Origin: Candidatus Levybacteria bacterium GW2011_GWA1_37_16
Lineage (GTDB): Bacteria; Patescibacteriota; Microgenomatia; Levybacterales; UBA12049
DNA length: 64,000 bases
Direction of reading: 5' to 3'
NCBI GenBank assembly: GCA_943357985.1
Contig: CALRGR010000001.1
Span: 14,731-78,730 of the forward strand
Shown here: positions 39,251 to 50,952 of the stretch, in pieces
How the letters are laid out: every line of letters starts with the position of its first letter
Position numbering within the stretch: position 1 is the first letter of the stretch
The notes under the pieces: generated by a model
Told to the model about the DNA's origin: nothing
The model's database searches: none
The model's input: only the letters and a program-made list of their open reading frames with translations
Program-made: the position numbers and the translations under genes

Positions 39251-41140
39251 CTAAACATTCGCGTAAATTCTTCTAAGGCCGCGCCCAAGATTTTCCTGCT
39301 TAAATATAGTAAACCTTTTTAGCTCTCCTGTAAAATTAACATGAGGCCCGCCACAAAACTCCTTAGAATAAGCCTCTTGTGGTGAGCTTGTCGAACCACC
39401 TATAAAATAAACTTTCACATTATCCTCATATTTTTCATCAAAGAGTCCAATGGCTCCAATATCTTTTGCTTTTTCAAGTGGAAGCATTTCAAAATGAACA
39501 GGTAAATTCTCTTTAATCTTCTTATTTATGATTTCCTCGATTTTTTTAACTTCTTCTTCCGTCAGGGCTTTATCGTAATTAAAATCAAATCTTACACGCT
39601 GCGAGGTTATGTTAGATCCGGCCTGATGAATATGATCTCCCAGTACGTCACGAATTGCCTGGTGAAGTAAGTGAGTTGCTGTATGTCCCATTATAGTTTG
39701 CGTATTTGTGTCGGCAAGTCCGCCAGCAAATTTTTGCGCAGCACCTTCTCTTGAGAGTTTTTGGTGTTCTTCCATTTTGTTTGCAAATGCCCGGTCGTCA
39801 AAAGTGTAACCAAGACTCTTAATTTGCGAAGGAGATAATCCATGCGTTGAATATAAAATGAAAGCATCTTCTGCTGAAATTTTTGATATTCCCATAAGTT
39901 CATCTCCAACCTTCCTGCTCGCCTCGCTTCGAAGCGGGCCGGCAGGCAGGGGCGGATATTTTTTGTGCATAAATTCTTTAGCTTTTTTTTGAGTTTGATT
40001 GTAACTTTGCTGTTCTTCTAAAATTACATTTTTTATTTTTTCAAAATCTTTCGCTAGTTTTCCATCTGTATTTTTATATTGCTCAACGATAATCTTTATG
40101 ATTGGGGAGATATCGGAAGATTCAAGTTGGAATAAACTATCTAAGCTTCGTCTTAAAAGTCTTCTCAAAATATACCCTTGCTCTTTGTTTGATGGAATAA
40201 CGCCGGCAGAAATTATAAACGAAGATGCTACGAAGTGATCTGCGATAATTCTTATCTTTTCTTTATTTTCGTCGTATGTTTTTCTTGTAATTTTTTCGAT
40301 AGTTTTAATAACAGGACTAAGCAGAGATGTTTGAAAAATGTCATTTTGATTTTCCGTTGCTGCTAATAATCTTTCGAGTCCTCCGCCAAAATCAACGTTT
40401 TTTTGTGGAAGTTCAACAAATGATCCATCTGATTTTTTTTGATATTGCATAAAAACTGAGTTTCCAATTTCTAGATATCTTCCACAATCACAATTTGTAT
40501 GACACTTTTGTCCAAACTTTTTGTCATGCTCTGTTTCAAAATCAAAAAATATTTCTGTGTCTGGTCCTCCGGGTTCGCCGGCCGGCATATTTTGGGGAAG
40601 TCCCGCTCTTGACCACCAATTCTTATCAACTCCATAAAAAGAAATTTTTTCGCGTGCATCAAGTCCTGCTTTTTCAAAAATTTCTTTCCAGATTTCATAA
40701 GACTCGTTGTCTTTTTCAATATCATTAAAACCATTAAAAATGGTTACGTATAATTTTTCTACGGGGAGTTTTAACCTATCTGTTAAAAATTCCCAAAGCC
40801 ATGGGATTTGTTCTGCTTTAAAATACCCGCCTCGACTCGTTGTCTTTTGCGAGGCGGGCTTTCCCAAAGACCAGTTGCCTAGCATTCTAAAAAAGGTTGT
40901 ATGTCTGTTGTCTCCAATTTCTTCAATGTCTTGTGCCCTAAAACAATTTTGTACATTAACAAGTCTTTTGCCTGCAGGATGTTTTCCTCCTAATAAATAT
41001 AGAACAAGAGGTTGCATCCCGGAACTGGTAAATAAAGTTGTTGGATCATTTTCCGGAACTAGTGAAGAGTTTGGAATTCTAATATGATCGCGGCTTTCAA
41101 AGAATTTAATATACTTTTCAATAATTTGCGAGGCTGTCAT
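39251..41140 (-). CDS. alaS: Alanyl-tRNA synthetase (catalytic plus editing domains, lacking the C-Ala domain)
   Basis: LFTSSGMQP...RLVNVQNCFRAQDIEEIGDNRHTTFFRMLGNWS class II motifs. HTATHLLHQAIRDVLGDHIHQAGS is the editing-domain zinc site. Confidence 0.9.
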   Translation of the reverse strand: MTASQIIEKYIKFFESRDHIRIPNSSLVPENDPTTLFTSSGMQPLVLYLLGGKHPAGKRLVNVQNCFRAQDIEEIGDNRHTTFFRMLGNWSLGKPASQKTTSRGGYFKAEQIPWLWEFLTDRLKLPVEKLYVTIFNGFNDIEKDNESYEIWKEIFEKAGLDAREKISFYGVDKNWWSRAGLPQNMPAGEPGGPDTEIFFDFETEHDKKFGQKCHTNCDCGRYLEIGNSVFMQYQKKSDGSFVELPQKNVDFGGGLERLLAATENQNDIFQTSLLSPVIKTIEKITRKTYDENKEKIRIIADHFVASSFIISAGVIPSNKEQGYILRRLLRRSLDSLFQLESSDISPIIKIIVEQYKNTDGKLAKDFEKIKNVILEEQQSYNQTQKKAKEFMHKKYPPLPAGPLRSEASRKVGDELMGISKISAEDAFILYSTHGLSPSQIKSLGYTFDDRAFANKMEEHQKLSREGAAQKFAGGLADTNTQTIMGHTATHLLHQAIRDVLGDHIHQAGSNITSQRVRFDFNYDKALTEEEVKKIEEIINKKIKENLPVHFEMLPLEKAKDIGAIGLFDEKYEDNVKVYFIGGSTSSPQEAYSKEFCGGPHVNFTGELKRFTIFKQENLGRGLRRIYANV

Positions 41141-41187
41141 CGTGAGCTCTATTATAGCAGAATTTTACTTTTTCTAAGCTAACGTTG

Positions 41188-41790
41188 TTAACGGGAGATA
41201 ATTAGTCCTTTTGCCGCCTCATAGTAAGAAGGGATAATAAGAGTAACTATTGTTTCAAGAAGTTCCGTTTCTTCCAATTTTCCCCTTGCAGTTTGCGGTA
41301 AATCCAAAACCCCTTTTTTGTCAAAGAAGCTTGAAAATGTTTTGTCTTCCCTTACTCTTCTAAACATTCTTTGCATAGAGTCAGGCTGTATGGTTTCTAT
41401 ATGGCTTTCCGGTGTCCTCCATTGGGGCAAGAGCGTTCTCATTGTTGCGCTATTATATCTGTCAAAGAAGCCTTTTGTAGAAAACTCTCCCTCTATGAGA
41501 GTTGCTTCTAATTCTGGCAGTAGGCTGGCAAATATAATTCCGCCCTGACTTATAAGAAAAAGATTTCTGTCGTGATGAGATAGGCCATTATATACTTCTT
41601 CTCTTGTTGGTCTGTGGGTAACTGTTGAATTGCCTTCAAAGTGTTGGGCCAGTTTTTTCTGCTCTTCATGAGCTTCCTTTAGCATGAATTGAGCCAAGAA
41701 CTCTATTGGCGACATGTCCCTTTTGGATTCTCTGGCTTGCATGATGGGTTCTATGTCAACTGGTTGTCCTTCTGTAATCTCTCTAAGCAT
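41188..41790 (-). CDS. Hypothetical protein (200 aa, soluble, no recognisable motif)
   Basis: ORF of gene-like length and composition; no motif recognised. Confidence 0.35.
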   Translation of the reverse strand: MLREITEGQPVDIEPIMQARESKRDMSPIEFLAQFMLKEAHEEQKKLAQHFEGNSTVTHRPTREEVYNGLSHHDRNLFLISQGGIIFASLLPELEATLIEGEFSTKGFFDRYNSATMRTLLPQWRTPESHIETIQPDSMQRMFRRVREDKTFSSFFDKKGVLDLPQTARGKLEETELLETIVTLIIPSYYEAAKGLIISR

Positions 41791-41798
41791 GAGCGGAA

Positions 41799-42416
41799 TT
41801 ATACAATATAAGTTCTAAGAGGACAATCTAAATGTTTGCAGCGGGCGGTGCAATATTCTCTTCCATAATAAATTAATCCCAAAGCAAAGTGGCGCCATTC
41901 GCTTTTTGGCAGCAATTCCATTAAATCTTTTTCTATCTTCACGGGATCGTGGTTGGAAGTAAGCCCAAATAGACTTGACAATCTCCTAACATGAGTATCC
42001 ACAACTATTCCTTCTGTCTTTCCAAATGCTTCCTGTAAAATTACATTTGCGGTTTTCCTACCGATGAATGGGAGCTCGATTAGTTCTTCCATAGTTTCCG
42101 GCATTTTCCCTTTATACTTCTGCGCAACAATATCTGCAGCATTTTTAATTGCTTTTGCCTTGCCTTTATAAAAATTAATGCTTTTAATATCGTTAGAGAA
42201 TTCCTCGAGAGTCGCCTTCCTATAGTCATCAAGAGTTCGGTATTTCTTAAATAGTATGGGTGTTACTTTATTAACCCCAACATCTGTTTGTTGTGCAGAA
42301 AGCGCAACTGCAACATAAAGTTCCCATGGGTTTGAATAGATGAGGGGAGTCTTGGGATTTGGAAACAATTTTTTAAGAACTGTATAGATTTCTTTTGCCT
42401 TGTCTTCTTTGCTCAC
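41799..42416 (-). CDS. nth: Endonuclease III (HhH-GPD DNA glycosylase with a 4Fe-4S cluster)
   Basis: An HhH motif (LIELPFIGRKTANVILQEAFG), the catalytic Lys/Asp region, and the cysteine cluster CTARCKHLDCPL. Confidence 0.9.
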   Translation of the reverse strand: MSKEDKAKEIYTVLKKLFPNPKTPLIYSNPWELYVAVALSAQQTDVGVNKVTPILFKKYRTLDDYRKATLEEFSNDIKSINFYKGKAKAIKNAADIVAQKYKGKMPETMEELIELPFIGRKTANVILQEAFGKTEGIVVDTHVRRLSSLFGLTSNHDPVKIEKDLMELLPKSEWRHFALGLIYYGREYCTARCKHLDCPLRTYIV

Positions 42417-42432
42417 AGAGGTATTATATCAA

Positions 42433-43125
42433 TTATGATGCTTTTTGGATTGGGGCAAGGGCGCCTGCCGGAATTCCGCTTTGCTCTCTGGCTGTAGTTT
42501 TCTCTTGAAGTTTTGTAGCAATTTTAATTTTGTCCTCAATGGGTAACTCTTTCATTTTAGAAATTGCAGCTTCATTCTGAATCACACCGCCTGCAGTTGT
42601 GAGATCAAAAGCATTAATAGCAGTATCCCAATCATTTGCTTCTAAAGCTCCGGTTCCAAATCCTTCAAGAAAAGCTCTAGTATTGTCCTTATAGTATGTA
42701 TCATCTTCTGGATATGGTTGTTCTCTTTTTCCATAGCTTTCTCTGAGATGGTTTTCCCTTTTCTGCCAAGCTTTGTATAAATCTCTTGGTAGATCAGATC
42801 TTTTGTATTCTCCCACGCCAGTTTTTTCAATAGCTAAGTTATCGCCATAAGCATTTGGCCCAAATAGTTGTTTCACATCTGCGTCGCTTATTAATTGGAT
42901 GGTATTTATATCTTGGCCATCAAAATTTTCATAATAGCTTTTGCCATTTGCATTTATTTTCTCAAGGAGTTGTTGGTTTAAGACTTCTTTATGAGAATCT
43001 AAGTCCTGCTGGGATATTGCAAGAGCAGAAAGAATATCAGGAGATATTGTCCCTGGTTTTTTAGGTTGTTCAGTGATTTCTGCTGGTGGGCTTATCCCAT
43101 CTGCTCCTGGTCCTTGTGGTTCCAT
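42433..43125 (-). CDS. Hypothetical protein (230 aa, acidic, Pro/Gly-rich N-terminus, no TM)
   Basis: ORF only; no motif recognised. Confidence 0.35.
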   Translation of the reverse strand: MEPQGPGADGISPPAEITEQPKKPGTISPDILSALAISQQDLDSHKEVLNQQLLEKINANGKSYYENFDGQDINTIQLISDADVKQLFGPNAYGDNLAIEKTGVGEYKRSDLPRDLYKAWQKRENHLRESYGKREQPYPEDDTYYKDNTRAFLEGFGTGALEANDWDTAINAFDLTTAGGVIQNEAAISKMKELPIEDKIKIATKLQEKTTAREQSGIPAGALAPIQKAS

Positions 43126-43168
43126 TTAATAAATCTTTGCATGAAAAGAGAGTATTGTCAATGGGCTA

Positions 43169-43197
43169 TTGACAGAGTGGTGATACTGTGATATAAA
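43169..43197 (+). promoter_or_regulatory. Putative rpoBC promoter (TTGACA, 17 nt, TGaTATAAA). The -35 element lies inside the perfect palindrome TGTCAAT-gggct-ATTGACA.
   Basis: Hexamers and palindrome read from the sequence. A weak hairpin plus T8 (43225-43254) follows in the leader. Confidence 0.5.
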
Positions 43198-43289
43198 TAA
43201 TTCACTTTAAACAATCTCGTTTGTAGGGGGTTTTGTGCCCTCTGCATTTTTTTTGTTGAGGTACTGCCGAACTCATTTATTATTTCCAG

Positions 43290-46200
43290 ATGCCTAAAGA
43301 CGCACAAACAAAAAATACAAAGAAAATTAGAAACAACTGGGGAAGAGATTTTGAATTTTTACCTCAGTTAGATTTACTAGCAGTACAAAAAGAATCATAT
43401 AAGTGGTTTGTTGAAAAAGGCATAGGCGAAGTTCTCCAGGAAATATCCCCAATAGATGATTTTACAGAAAAAAACTGGACACTTACTTTTAAGGACTACA
43501 GAATTGGAAAAGCAAAGATTACAAAAGAATTGGCTTTGGAAAAAGGTCTTACTTTTGATGCGCCTCTATATGTCAAAGCAACACTCGTTAACAAAAAAAC
43601 AGGCGGAACAATTGACCAAGAAGTCTTCTTGGGAGATATTCCTCAAATGACAGATCAGGGAACATTTATTGTAAATGGAATTGAAAGAGCAGTTGTTAAT
43701 CAGTTGGTACGTTCTCCTGGAGTTTTCTTCACAGCGGTTCAGGATAATGTAACAGGAAAAACTTTATATGTTGCAGAAATTAGACCGGTTCATGGTTCTT
43801 GGCTTGAATTTTCAACCACGAGACATGACACAATTACAGTTAAAATAGATAGAAGAAGAAAGTTTTTGACATCAACATTTTTAAGAGCTATTGGAATTTC
43901 CTCAAACGATGAAATAAGGGAAAAGTTTAAGGATATGGAAGCAGATGGCGGAACGTCTTTTATAGAAAACACACTTCTAAAAGACGAAACTGGAGATTCA
44001 ACAAGCGCACTTTTGGAAATATTTAAGAAAATGCACCCCGGAGAACCAATAGTTATTGAGAAAGCAAAAGAAAATTTCTACGGAACGTTCTTCAATAACA
44101 GAAGGTATGATTTAGGAGCAGTTGGAAGATACAAAATGAACAAAAAACTAAAAGATGCTCCAGGATTTGTACCATCCGGGGAAAGAGTTTTGACAATTGA
44201 AGACATTGTTGCAACGCTTAAATTTCTTGTTCTTTTAGCACGTGGGTTTAACGGAGTAGATGACATTGACAGCTTAGCAAATAGACGCGTAAGAAGAGTT
44301 GGGGAATTAGTTGCAAGTACCGCTTTTAGAGTTGGAGCATTAAGGCTTGAAAGAAGTGTAAAAGAGAGAATGAGCCTTATCCAGCCTGAAACTCCGGTTT
44401 CAATTGCAAATCTTATAAATGCACGTCCAATTATGGCTTCAATTAATGAGTTCTTTAGAACTTCACAGCTTTCAGCTATTTTGGATCAGACAAATCCGCT
44501 TTCTGAAATTGATAACTTAAACCGCTTAACAGTTATGGGAACAGGCGGAATTTCAAGAGAAAGAGCAGCCTTTTCAATCCGTGACATAAACAGTTCTCAA
44601 TACGGAAAAATTTGTCCAATCAGAAGTCCCGAAGGACCAAATATAGGACTAGTTACTTATATGAGTTTGTATGCAAGAGTTAACGAACACGGATTTTTGG
44701 AAGCACCTTTTAGGAAAGTTGAGCACAAAAAAGATGGAAGAAAAGAAACAAGTAAAGCAACTTCAGAATTTGCGTATATGATGGCAGATGATGAAAGAGA
44801 GCATTATGTAACTCATTCCGGTGTTCTTTCTCCTGATGACACAATTGCGCAAGACAGAGTACCTAGCCGCTACAGAGGAGAATTTATTGAAATTGATAAA
44901 GACAAGATAGAGTTTGTTGATATTGCGCCCCGTCAAGTTGTTGGTACGGCAGCATCTCTTATTCCATTTGTATCACACGATGAAGCAAACAGAGCTCTTA
45001 TGGGAACTCACATGCAGTGTCAAGCAGTGCCTCTTGTAATACCCGATAGCCCAATTGTTGGAACAGGAATGGAAAAAGCAGTAGCGGAAGTTATGGGCAG
45101 AGTTATAAGGGCACCATTCGATGGTAAAGTAGTTTACGCAGATGCAAGAAAAGTTACAGTTCGCGGAAATAAAAAAGGCGAAGAAGAAACATATCTTCTC
45201 AATTCTTTTAAAAGAACATCAAATGCAACTGCTTACACTCAAAAAACAATCATTTCCTCAGGTGAAAAAGTAACAAAAGGAGATTTGCTTATTGATGGTC
45301 CGTCATCTGAAGATGGAGAATTAGCGCTTGGAAAAAATCTTCTCATTGCGTATGCATCTTTAGACGGTCTTGGATATGAAGATGCTATCGTGATTTCAGA
45401 TAAACTTGTAAAGCAGGATTTGCTTTCCTCAATTCATATTGAAAGACACGATTCATCCGTTGTTGAAACAAAACTTGGACCAGAAGAGACAACCAGAGAT
45501 ATTCCAAATGTTTCAGAAGATGATTTGGCAAATCTTGATGAAGACGGAATTATAGTAGTGGGTAGTGAAGTAAGTCCAGGAGACATTTTGGTTGGTAAGA
45601 TTGCTCCAAAGGGAGAAACAGAATTAACCGCCGAGGAAAGACTTTTAAGAGCTATTTTTGGAGAACAAGCAAGGGAAGTAAGAGACACATCTCTTAGAAT
45701 GCCAAATGGAGAACGCGGAACCGTTATAAATGTTCAAATCCTTGATAGGAAAAAGGGAGATGAATTAGAACCTGGAGCACTTAAGAAGATAATTGTAGAA
45801 GTTGCACAATTTAGACACGTTGTTGTTGGAGATAAGCTTGCAGGTAGACATGGAAACAAAGGTGTTATTTCAAAGATTTTGCCAGAATCTGATATGCCTT
45901 ATCTAGCAGATGGAACGCCGGTTGATATTATAATCTCTCCAATTTCCGTACTTGCGCGTATGAATTTGGGACAACTTTTGGAAGCTCATCTTGGATGGGC
46001 TGCGCAGAAGTTGGACATGAAAATTGGAGTTCCTGTTTTTGAAGAAGTTGGAGAAAATAGAATTACGCAGCTTTTAAAGCAAGCTGGACTTCCGATTGAT
46101 GGAAAAGTTACCTTATATGATGGTCGCAGCGGGGAAGCTTATGAGAATCCTGTTGTTGTTGGAATTGAATATATTATGAAACTCATACACATGGTTGAAG

Positions 46201-46715
46201 ACAAGACTCACGCACGTTCAACCGGGCCATACTCTTTAGTTACACAACAGCCATTGGGCGGAAAAGCACAAATGGGAGGACAAAGGCTTGGAGAAATGGA
46301 AGTCTGGGCACTTGAAGCACATAGAGCAAAATATACTCTTCAGGAAATGCTTACAATCAAATCTGATGATGTTGTTGGACGCGCCAAGGCTTTTGAGGCA
46401 ATTGTTAAGGGAACAGATATTCCAACACCAAAAGTTCCTGAATCATTCAAGGTTTTGATAAAAGAATTAGCAGCTCTTGGGCTCGATGTTCTTCCTGTTG
46501 GTGCAACAGTTGTAGCAGAGCCTCTTCTTGCAGAGCCTTTACCGCTGGCAATTGCTGAGGAAAAAATTGACAAGGCAGTTGAGGAAGAGGCAAAAGAATT
46601 AAGGGAAGAATTGGGAGCAACAGAAGTTCCGGAAAATGCAGAAGGAACATTAACAGCGGAGAAGGAACTAATTGAAGAGTCAAAAGAAGGAACGGAGCCA
46701 GAAGTACATGAATAA
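43290..46715 (+). CDS. rpoB: DNA-directed RNA polymerase beta subunit with an acidic C-terminal tail
   Basis: Conserved along its full length (for example GDKLAGRHGNKGVISKILP..., NLGQLLEAHLGW). Confidence 0.97.
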   Translation: MPKDAQTKNTKKIRNNWGRDFEFLPQLDLLAVQKESYKWFVEKGIGEVLQEISPIDDFTEKNWTLTFKDYRIGKAKITKELALEKGLTFDAPLYVKATLVNKKTGGTIDQEVFLGDIPQMTDQGTFIVNGIERAVVNQLVRSPGVFFTAVQDNVTGKTLYVAEIRPVHGSWLEFSTTRHDTITVKIDRRRKFLTSTFLRAIGISSNDEIREKFKDMEADGGTSFIENTLLKDETGDSTSALLEIFKKMHPGEPIVIEKAKENFYGTFFNNRRYDLGAVGRYKMNKKLKDAPGFVPSGERVLTIEDIVATLKFLVLLARGFNGVDDIDSLANRRVRRVGELVASTAFRVGALRLERSVKERMSLIQPETPVSIANLINARPIMASINEFFRTSQLSAILDQTNPLSEIDNLNRLTVMGTGGISRERAAFSIRDINSSQYGKICPIRSPEGPNIGLVTYMSLYARVNEHGFLEAPFRKVEHKKDGRKETSKATSEFAYMMADDEREHYVTHSGVLSPDDTIAQDRVPSRYRGEFIEIDKDKIEFVDIAPRQVVGTAASLIPFVSHDEANRALMGTHMQCQAVPLVIPDSPIVGTGMEKAVAEVMGRVIRAPFDGKVVYADARKVTVRGNKKGEEETYLLNSFKRTSNATAYTQKTIISSGEKVTKGDLLIDGPSSEDGELALGKNLLIAYASLDGLGYEDAIVISDKLVKQDLLSSIHIERHDSSVVETKLGPEETTRDIPNVSEDDLANLDEDGIIVVGSEVSPGDILVGKIAPKGETELTAEERLLRAIFGEQAREVRDTSLRMPNGERGTVINVQILDRKKGDELEPGALKKIIVEVAQFRHVVVGDKLAGRHGNKGVISKILPESDMPYLADGTPVDIIISPISVLARMNLGQLLEAHLGWAAQKLDMKIGVPVFEEVGENRITQLLKQAGLPIDGKVTLYDGRSGEAYENPVVVGIEYIMKLIHMVEDKTHARSTGPYSLVTQQPLGGKAQMGGQRLGEMEVWALEAHRAKYTLQEMLTIKSDDVVGRAKAFEAIVKGTDIPTPKVPESFKVLIKELAALGLDVLPVGATVVAEPLLAEPLPLAIAEEKIDKAVEEEAKELREELGATEVPENAEGTLTAEKELIEESKEGTEPEVHE

Positions 46716-49700
46716 CGATAACAAAAAACAAAAAGATATAACAATAGTTGATTTTAATGCTTTAAAAATTGTTCTTGCTAACCAGCGGGATATTTTGGAC
46801 TGGTCATACGGAGAAGTTACAAAGCCTGAAACAATCAACTATAGAACCCTACGGCCTGAAAAAGACGGATTATTTGATGAGCGCATTTTTGGTCCTACTA
46901 AAGATTGGGAATGTTATTGTGGAAAATATAAGAGAATAAGACACAGAGGTGTTGTTTGTGATAAATGTGGAGTTGAGGTTACTCTTTCTAGGGTGAGAAG
47001 AGAAAGAATGGGACATATCGTTCTTTCATCTTCTGTGTCACATGTTTGGTTTTCTAAGGGTTCATCTTCCCCACTCTCTCTGATTTTGGATATTCCTCAG
47101 AAAGCGCTGGAATCTGTTATTTATTATGCTTCATATATTGTTATTGAAGTTGATGATAAAAAGAAAAAAGAAGCATTAGCTGAGTTTGCTCAAAACATAA
47201 ATGATAGAAAGAATATTCAAAAAGAAGAACTTGCATCTGAAGAAAAGAAAATAAATGAAGAATTGGATAAAAAGAAAAAAGAAACTGTAACTGCAAATAG
47301 CAAAAAGGGAGAGCAAAAACAGCTTATTGATCAAGAATTAGAATTGACGAAGAGACAAAAAATTGCAGCTCTAACTGAAAGAATTGCAGCGGAAGAGAAA
47401 AAATTGGATGAAATTTCAGATGCACTCTTAAGACTTCTTAAAAGCCTACAGGTGGGTTCGGTTTTGTCTGAAGACGAATATTTTAAAATTCTTGAATACG
47501 ATATTCCTGTTTTCTTTACAATTAAAACAGGAGCAGAGGGAATTCTAAATCTTTTAAGCAGAGTTGATTTGCCAGGAGTTATTATGCAAATCAGAGAAGA
47601 AATTGAAAAATCAAAGGGACAAAAGTATTTAAAGCTTATTAAGAGACTGAGACTGATTGAATCAATGAGAAAAGCAGGAATTGATGTTTCTGCCATGATT
47701 CTTGGAGTCTTGCCAGTTATTCCTCCGGATCTTCGTCCAATGGTTCAACTTGCAGGTGGACGTTTTGCAACAAGCGATCTTAATGATTTGTACAGAAGAG
47801 TTATCAACAGAAATAACAGACTTAAGCACTTAATTTCTCTTGGCGCACCTGAAATAATTTTGAGAAATGAAAAAAGAATGCTCCAGGAGTCTGTTGATTC
47901 CTTGATAGATGTTTCGCAACGAACATCTCAAATTGCTACCTCATCTCTTAGGTCTCTTTCAGACATGTTAAGAGGAAAACAGGGAAGGTTTAGGCAAAAC
48001 TTGCTTGGAAAAAGAGTAGATTATTCTGGACGTAGCGTTATTGTTGTTGGGCCTCAGCTTAAACTATCTCAATGTGGTCTTCCTAAGGAAATGGCTCTTG
48101 AAATGTTTAAGCCATTTGTTCTTCGCGAAGTAATTCTTAGAGGGTTTGCGCCAAACATAAAGAGCGCTAAAAGATTTATTGAGAAAAGACCACCTGAGGT
48201 TTTTGATATTTTGGAAGAGATTACAAAGAATCATCCAGTTCTTCTAAACCGTGCTCCGACACTTCATAAGCTTGGTATCCAGGCATTTTATCCGGTTCTT
48301 ATTGAAGGTGCTGCAATTCAACTTCATCCTTGTGTTTGTACTGGATATAACGCTGATTTTGATGGAGACCAAATGGCTGTACATATTCCTCTTTCTGTTA
48401 AAGCTCAAGAAGAAGCAATCGAGCTTATGATGCCAAAAAACAATCTTTTAAAGCCTTCAGACGGAAGCCCGATTACTCTTCCAAACAAAGAAATGGCAGT
48501 TGGAGTTTTCTATCTTACATCAATGAATGAAGATTTGAAGAAAGAAGATGCCCTGGTTTTTGTCTCAGACCAAGAGGCAATACTTGCACATACTTTGAAA
48601 AAGATAGCTCTTAGACAATCAATTCAGCTAAGAGTAGATAATAAGATTATTGAGACTACGGTTGGACGAGTTTTATTTAATGAGCTTTTGCCTGAGAAAA
48701 TGCGATTTATAAATGAAAGCATTAAGGCGTCCGGTATTAAAAAGATTATAACCGAAGCCATAAAAACTCAAACCGCAGATGAAGTAGAAGCTTTAATTGA
48801 CGGAATCAAAAAGCTTGGATTTTATGCTTCTATGATTTCAGGTATTTCAGTTTCCGTATTTGATAATAAAATGGTTCCGCAAAAAGATGGAATGATTGAG
48901 GTTACTAATAAGAAAATAAAGGAAATAGAATCGGAATATCAGCAGGGACTTATTACCAACGAAGAAAGAAAAAGACTTTCTAATGATGCATGGTTTAAGA
49001 CAACAGATGAAATTGCGAATTTAACTTGGGACAACCTTAAGAAAGAAAACGCAATCAAGCTTATTATTGACTCAGAGGGTGCAAGGGCTGGAAAAGAACA
49101 GCTTAAGCAGCTTTCAGCTATGAGAGGGCTCATCTTGGATCCACTTGGAAAGATTGTTGAGCTTCCTATCAAATCAAACTTCAGAGAAGGTCTTTCTATT
49201 TTTGAATACGTGGCATCCGCCCGTGGTTCAAGAAAAGGCTTAACAGACTCAGCATTAAAAACTGCAAATGCAGGATATTTAACCCGTAGACTTGTTGATG
49301 TATCTCACGATGTAATTATAAGACAAGAGGATTGTGGAGCTACTGTTGGAATTACAATTTTAAGAAACGAAGAAGAGAGAGAAGCGTCACTTTCTTTTAG
49401 GGCCATGGGAAGAGTTGCCGCAGTAAATGTGCTTTCCAAAACAAAAAAAGTTATTCTTAAGGCAGGAGAAGAAATAACTGAAGAAAAGGCAAAGGAAATA
49501 GAAGCATCAGATGTGAGTGAGGTAATTGTACGTTCTCCTCTCACATGTAAGCTAGAATATGGAATTTGTGCTAAGTGTTATGGTTGGGACTTTTCTGTTA
49601 AGACAAAAGTAGAGCAAGGAGTTCCTGTTGGGGTTATAGCAGCTCAATCAATCGGAGAGCCGGGAACTCAGCTTACTATGAGGGTAAGACATTTTGGTGG

Positions 49701-50445
49701 AATTGTAATGAGAGACGTAACGCAAGGTCTTCCGCGTGTTGAAGAACTTTTTGAAATGAGAACACCCAAGAATCTTTCTCCTGTTTCAGAAATTCCAGGA
49801 AGGGTAAAGATTGAAACAAATGACGAAGGTTATGTAATTACAGTAAGAAATAACAAGATGAAGCCAGCAGATGAGAGGGAATATTTTGTGCCTTTGGCTG
49901 CAGAATTAATTGTTAAAGACAGCCAAGACATAACTGCTGGAACTCCATTTGCGGCAGGATACCTTGATCCTAAGGAAATTCTTAAAATTAAGGGATTAAC
50001 AGATGCTCAGTTCTATATATTAAAAGAAGTTCAAAAAGTTTATGAATCTCAGGGAATTGCAATTTCAGACAAACATTTTGAAGTAATTCTTAGAAAAATG
50101 TCAGATAAGGTTATTGTTGAAACAGTTGGAGATGCATCGTTAATTCCAGGAGACTTTATAACTAAGTCTCGATTTGAAGAAATAAACGCGGAAGTGTTGT
50201 CTCAAGGTGGAGAACCGGCAACTGCAAGGCAAACGATACTTGGAATTACAAAGTCATCCCTATTCTCTGATTCATGGCTTTCTGCAGCTTCATTTCAGGA
50301 AACAACCAAAGTCTTAACAGAAGCAGCTCTTCAGGGACAGGAAGACAAGCTTATTGGACTTAAGGAAAATGTTATTATCGGCCGCCTTATTCCTGTTGAC
50401 TCCGGCCAGACCGGAATTGAAGGTCACGTCTCGGATGAGGTATAA
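46708..50445 (+). CDS. rpoC: DNA-directed RNA polymerase beta' subunit
   Basis: Zinc-binding [23 protein letters not shown] and the catalytic [12 protein letters not shown] motif. The start ATG at 46708 overlaps the rpoB stop (ATGAATAA). Confidence 0.97.
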   Translation: MNNDNKKQKDITIVDFNALKIVLANQRDILDWSYGEVTKPETINYRTLRPEKDGLFDERIFGPTKDWECYCGKYKRIRHRGVVCDKCGVEVTLSRVRRERMGHIVLSSSVSHVWFSKGSSSPLSLILDIPQKALESVIYYASYIVIEVDDKKKKEALAEFAQNINDRKNIQKEELASEEKKINEELDKKKKETVTANSKKGEQKQLIDQELELTKRQKIAALTERIAAEEKKLDEISDALLRLLKSLQVGSVLSEDEYFKILEYDIPVFFTIKTGAEGILNLLSRVDLPGVIMQIREEIEKSKGQKYLKLIKRLRLIESMRKAGIDVSAMILGVLPVIPPDLRPMVQLAGGRFATSDLNDLYRRVINRNNRLKHLISLGAPEIILRNEKRMLQESVDSLIDVSQRTSQIATSSLRSLSDMLRGKQGRFRQNLLGKRVDYSGRSVIVVGPQLKLSQCGLPKEMALEMFKPFVLREVILRGFAPNIKSAKRFIEKRPPEVFDILEEITKNHPVLLNRAPTLHKLGIQAFYPVLIEGAAIQLHPCVCTGYNADFDGDQMAVHIPLSVKAQEEAIELMMPKNNLLKPSDGSPITLPNKEMAVGVFYLTSMNEDLKKEDALVFVSDQEAILAHTLKKIALRQSIQLRVDNKIIETTVGRVLFNELLPEKMRFINESIKASGIKKIITEAIKTQTADEVEALIDGIKKLGFYASMISGISVSVFDNKMVPQKDGMIEVTNKKIKEIESEYQQGLITNEERKRLSNDAWFKTTDEIANLTWDNLKKENAIKLIIDSEGARAGKEQLKQLSAMRGLILDPLGKIVELPIKSNFREGLSIFEYVASARGSRKGLTDSALKTANAGYLTRRLVDVSHDVIIRQEDCGATVGITILRNEEEREASLSFRAMGRVAAVNVLSKTKKVILKAGEEITEEKAKEIEASDVSEVIVRSPLTCKLEYGICAKCYGWDFSVKTKVEQGVPVGVIAAQSIGEPGTQLTMRVRHFGGIVMRDVTQGLPRVEELFEMRTPKNLSPVSEIPGRVKIETNDEGYVITVRNNKMKPADEREYFVPLAAELIVKDSQDITAGTPFAAGYLDPKEILKIKGLTDAQFYILKEVQKVYESQGIAISDKHFEVILRKMSDKVIVETVGDASLIPGDFITKSRFEEINAEVLSQGGEPATARQTILGITKSSLFSDSWLSAASFQETTKVLTEAALQGQEDKLIGLKENVIIGRLIPVDSGQTGIEGHVSDEV

Positions 50446-50456
50446 TACATACTCGT

Positions 50457-50951
50457 ATGCCAACATTATCACAGCTTGCTAAAAAAGGAAGAACTAAAAA
50501 GGTAAAGAAAATACGCTCAACTGCGATGCGGCGTTTTTATAATGCAAAAGAACAGCGCTACAAGAATTTGGTAGCACCTATGAAAAGAGGAGTTGTGACT
50601 TTAGTTAAAACAATGACTCCAAAAAAGCCAAACTCCGCACTTCGCAAAGTTGCGCGTGTGAGGCTTTCAAACCGTATGGAAGTTACAGCATATATTCAGG
50701 GAGTTGGACATAGTCTTTCCGAGCATGGAATCGTTTTGGTTCGTGGAGGAAGAGTTAAAGATTTACCGGGTGTTAAATACCACATAGTGCGTGGTAAATA
50801 TGACTTACTGGGAGTTGAAGGAAGAAAGACATCAAGAAGTAAATATGGAGCAAAAAGAAGCGGTGGAGGAGCAGCTGCTCCAAGAGTAGCAACAGGAACA
50901 CCAGCACCAGCAGCCGCCGAGGCGCCTGCGGCAGCCGCACCAACAGAATAA
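50457..50951 (+). CDS. rpsL: 30S ribosomal protein S12 with an Ala/Pro-rich C-terminal extension of about 30 aa
   Basis: [12 protein letters not shown]...[18 protein letters not shown]...[19 protein letters not shown], then ...[29 protein letters not shown]. Confidence 0.93.
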   Translation: MPTLSQLAKKGRTKKVKKIRSTAMRRFYNAKEQRYKNLVAPMKRGVVTLVKTMTPKKPNSALRKVARVRLSNRMEVTAYIQGVGHSLSEHGIVLVRGGRVKDLPGVKYHIVRGKYDLLGVEGRKTSRSKYGAKRSGGGAAAPRVATGTPAPAAAEAPAAAAPTE

Positions 50952-50952
50952 T

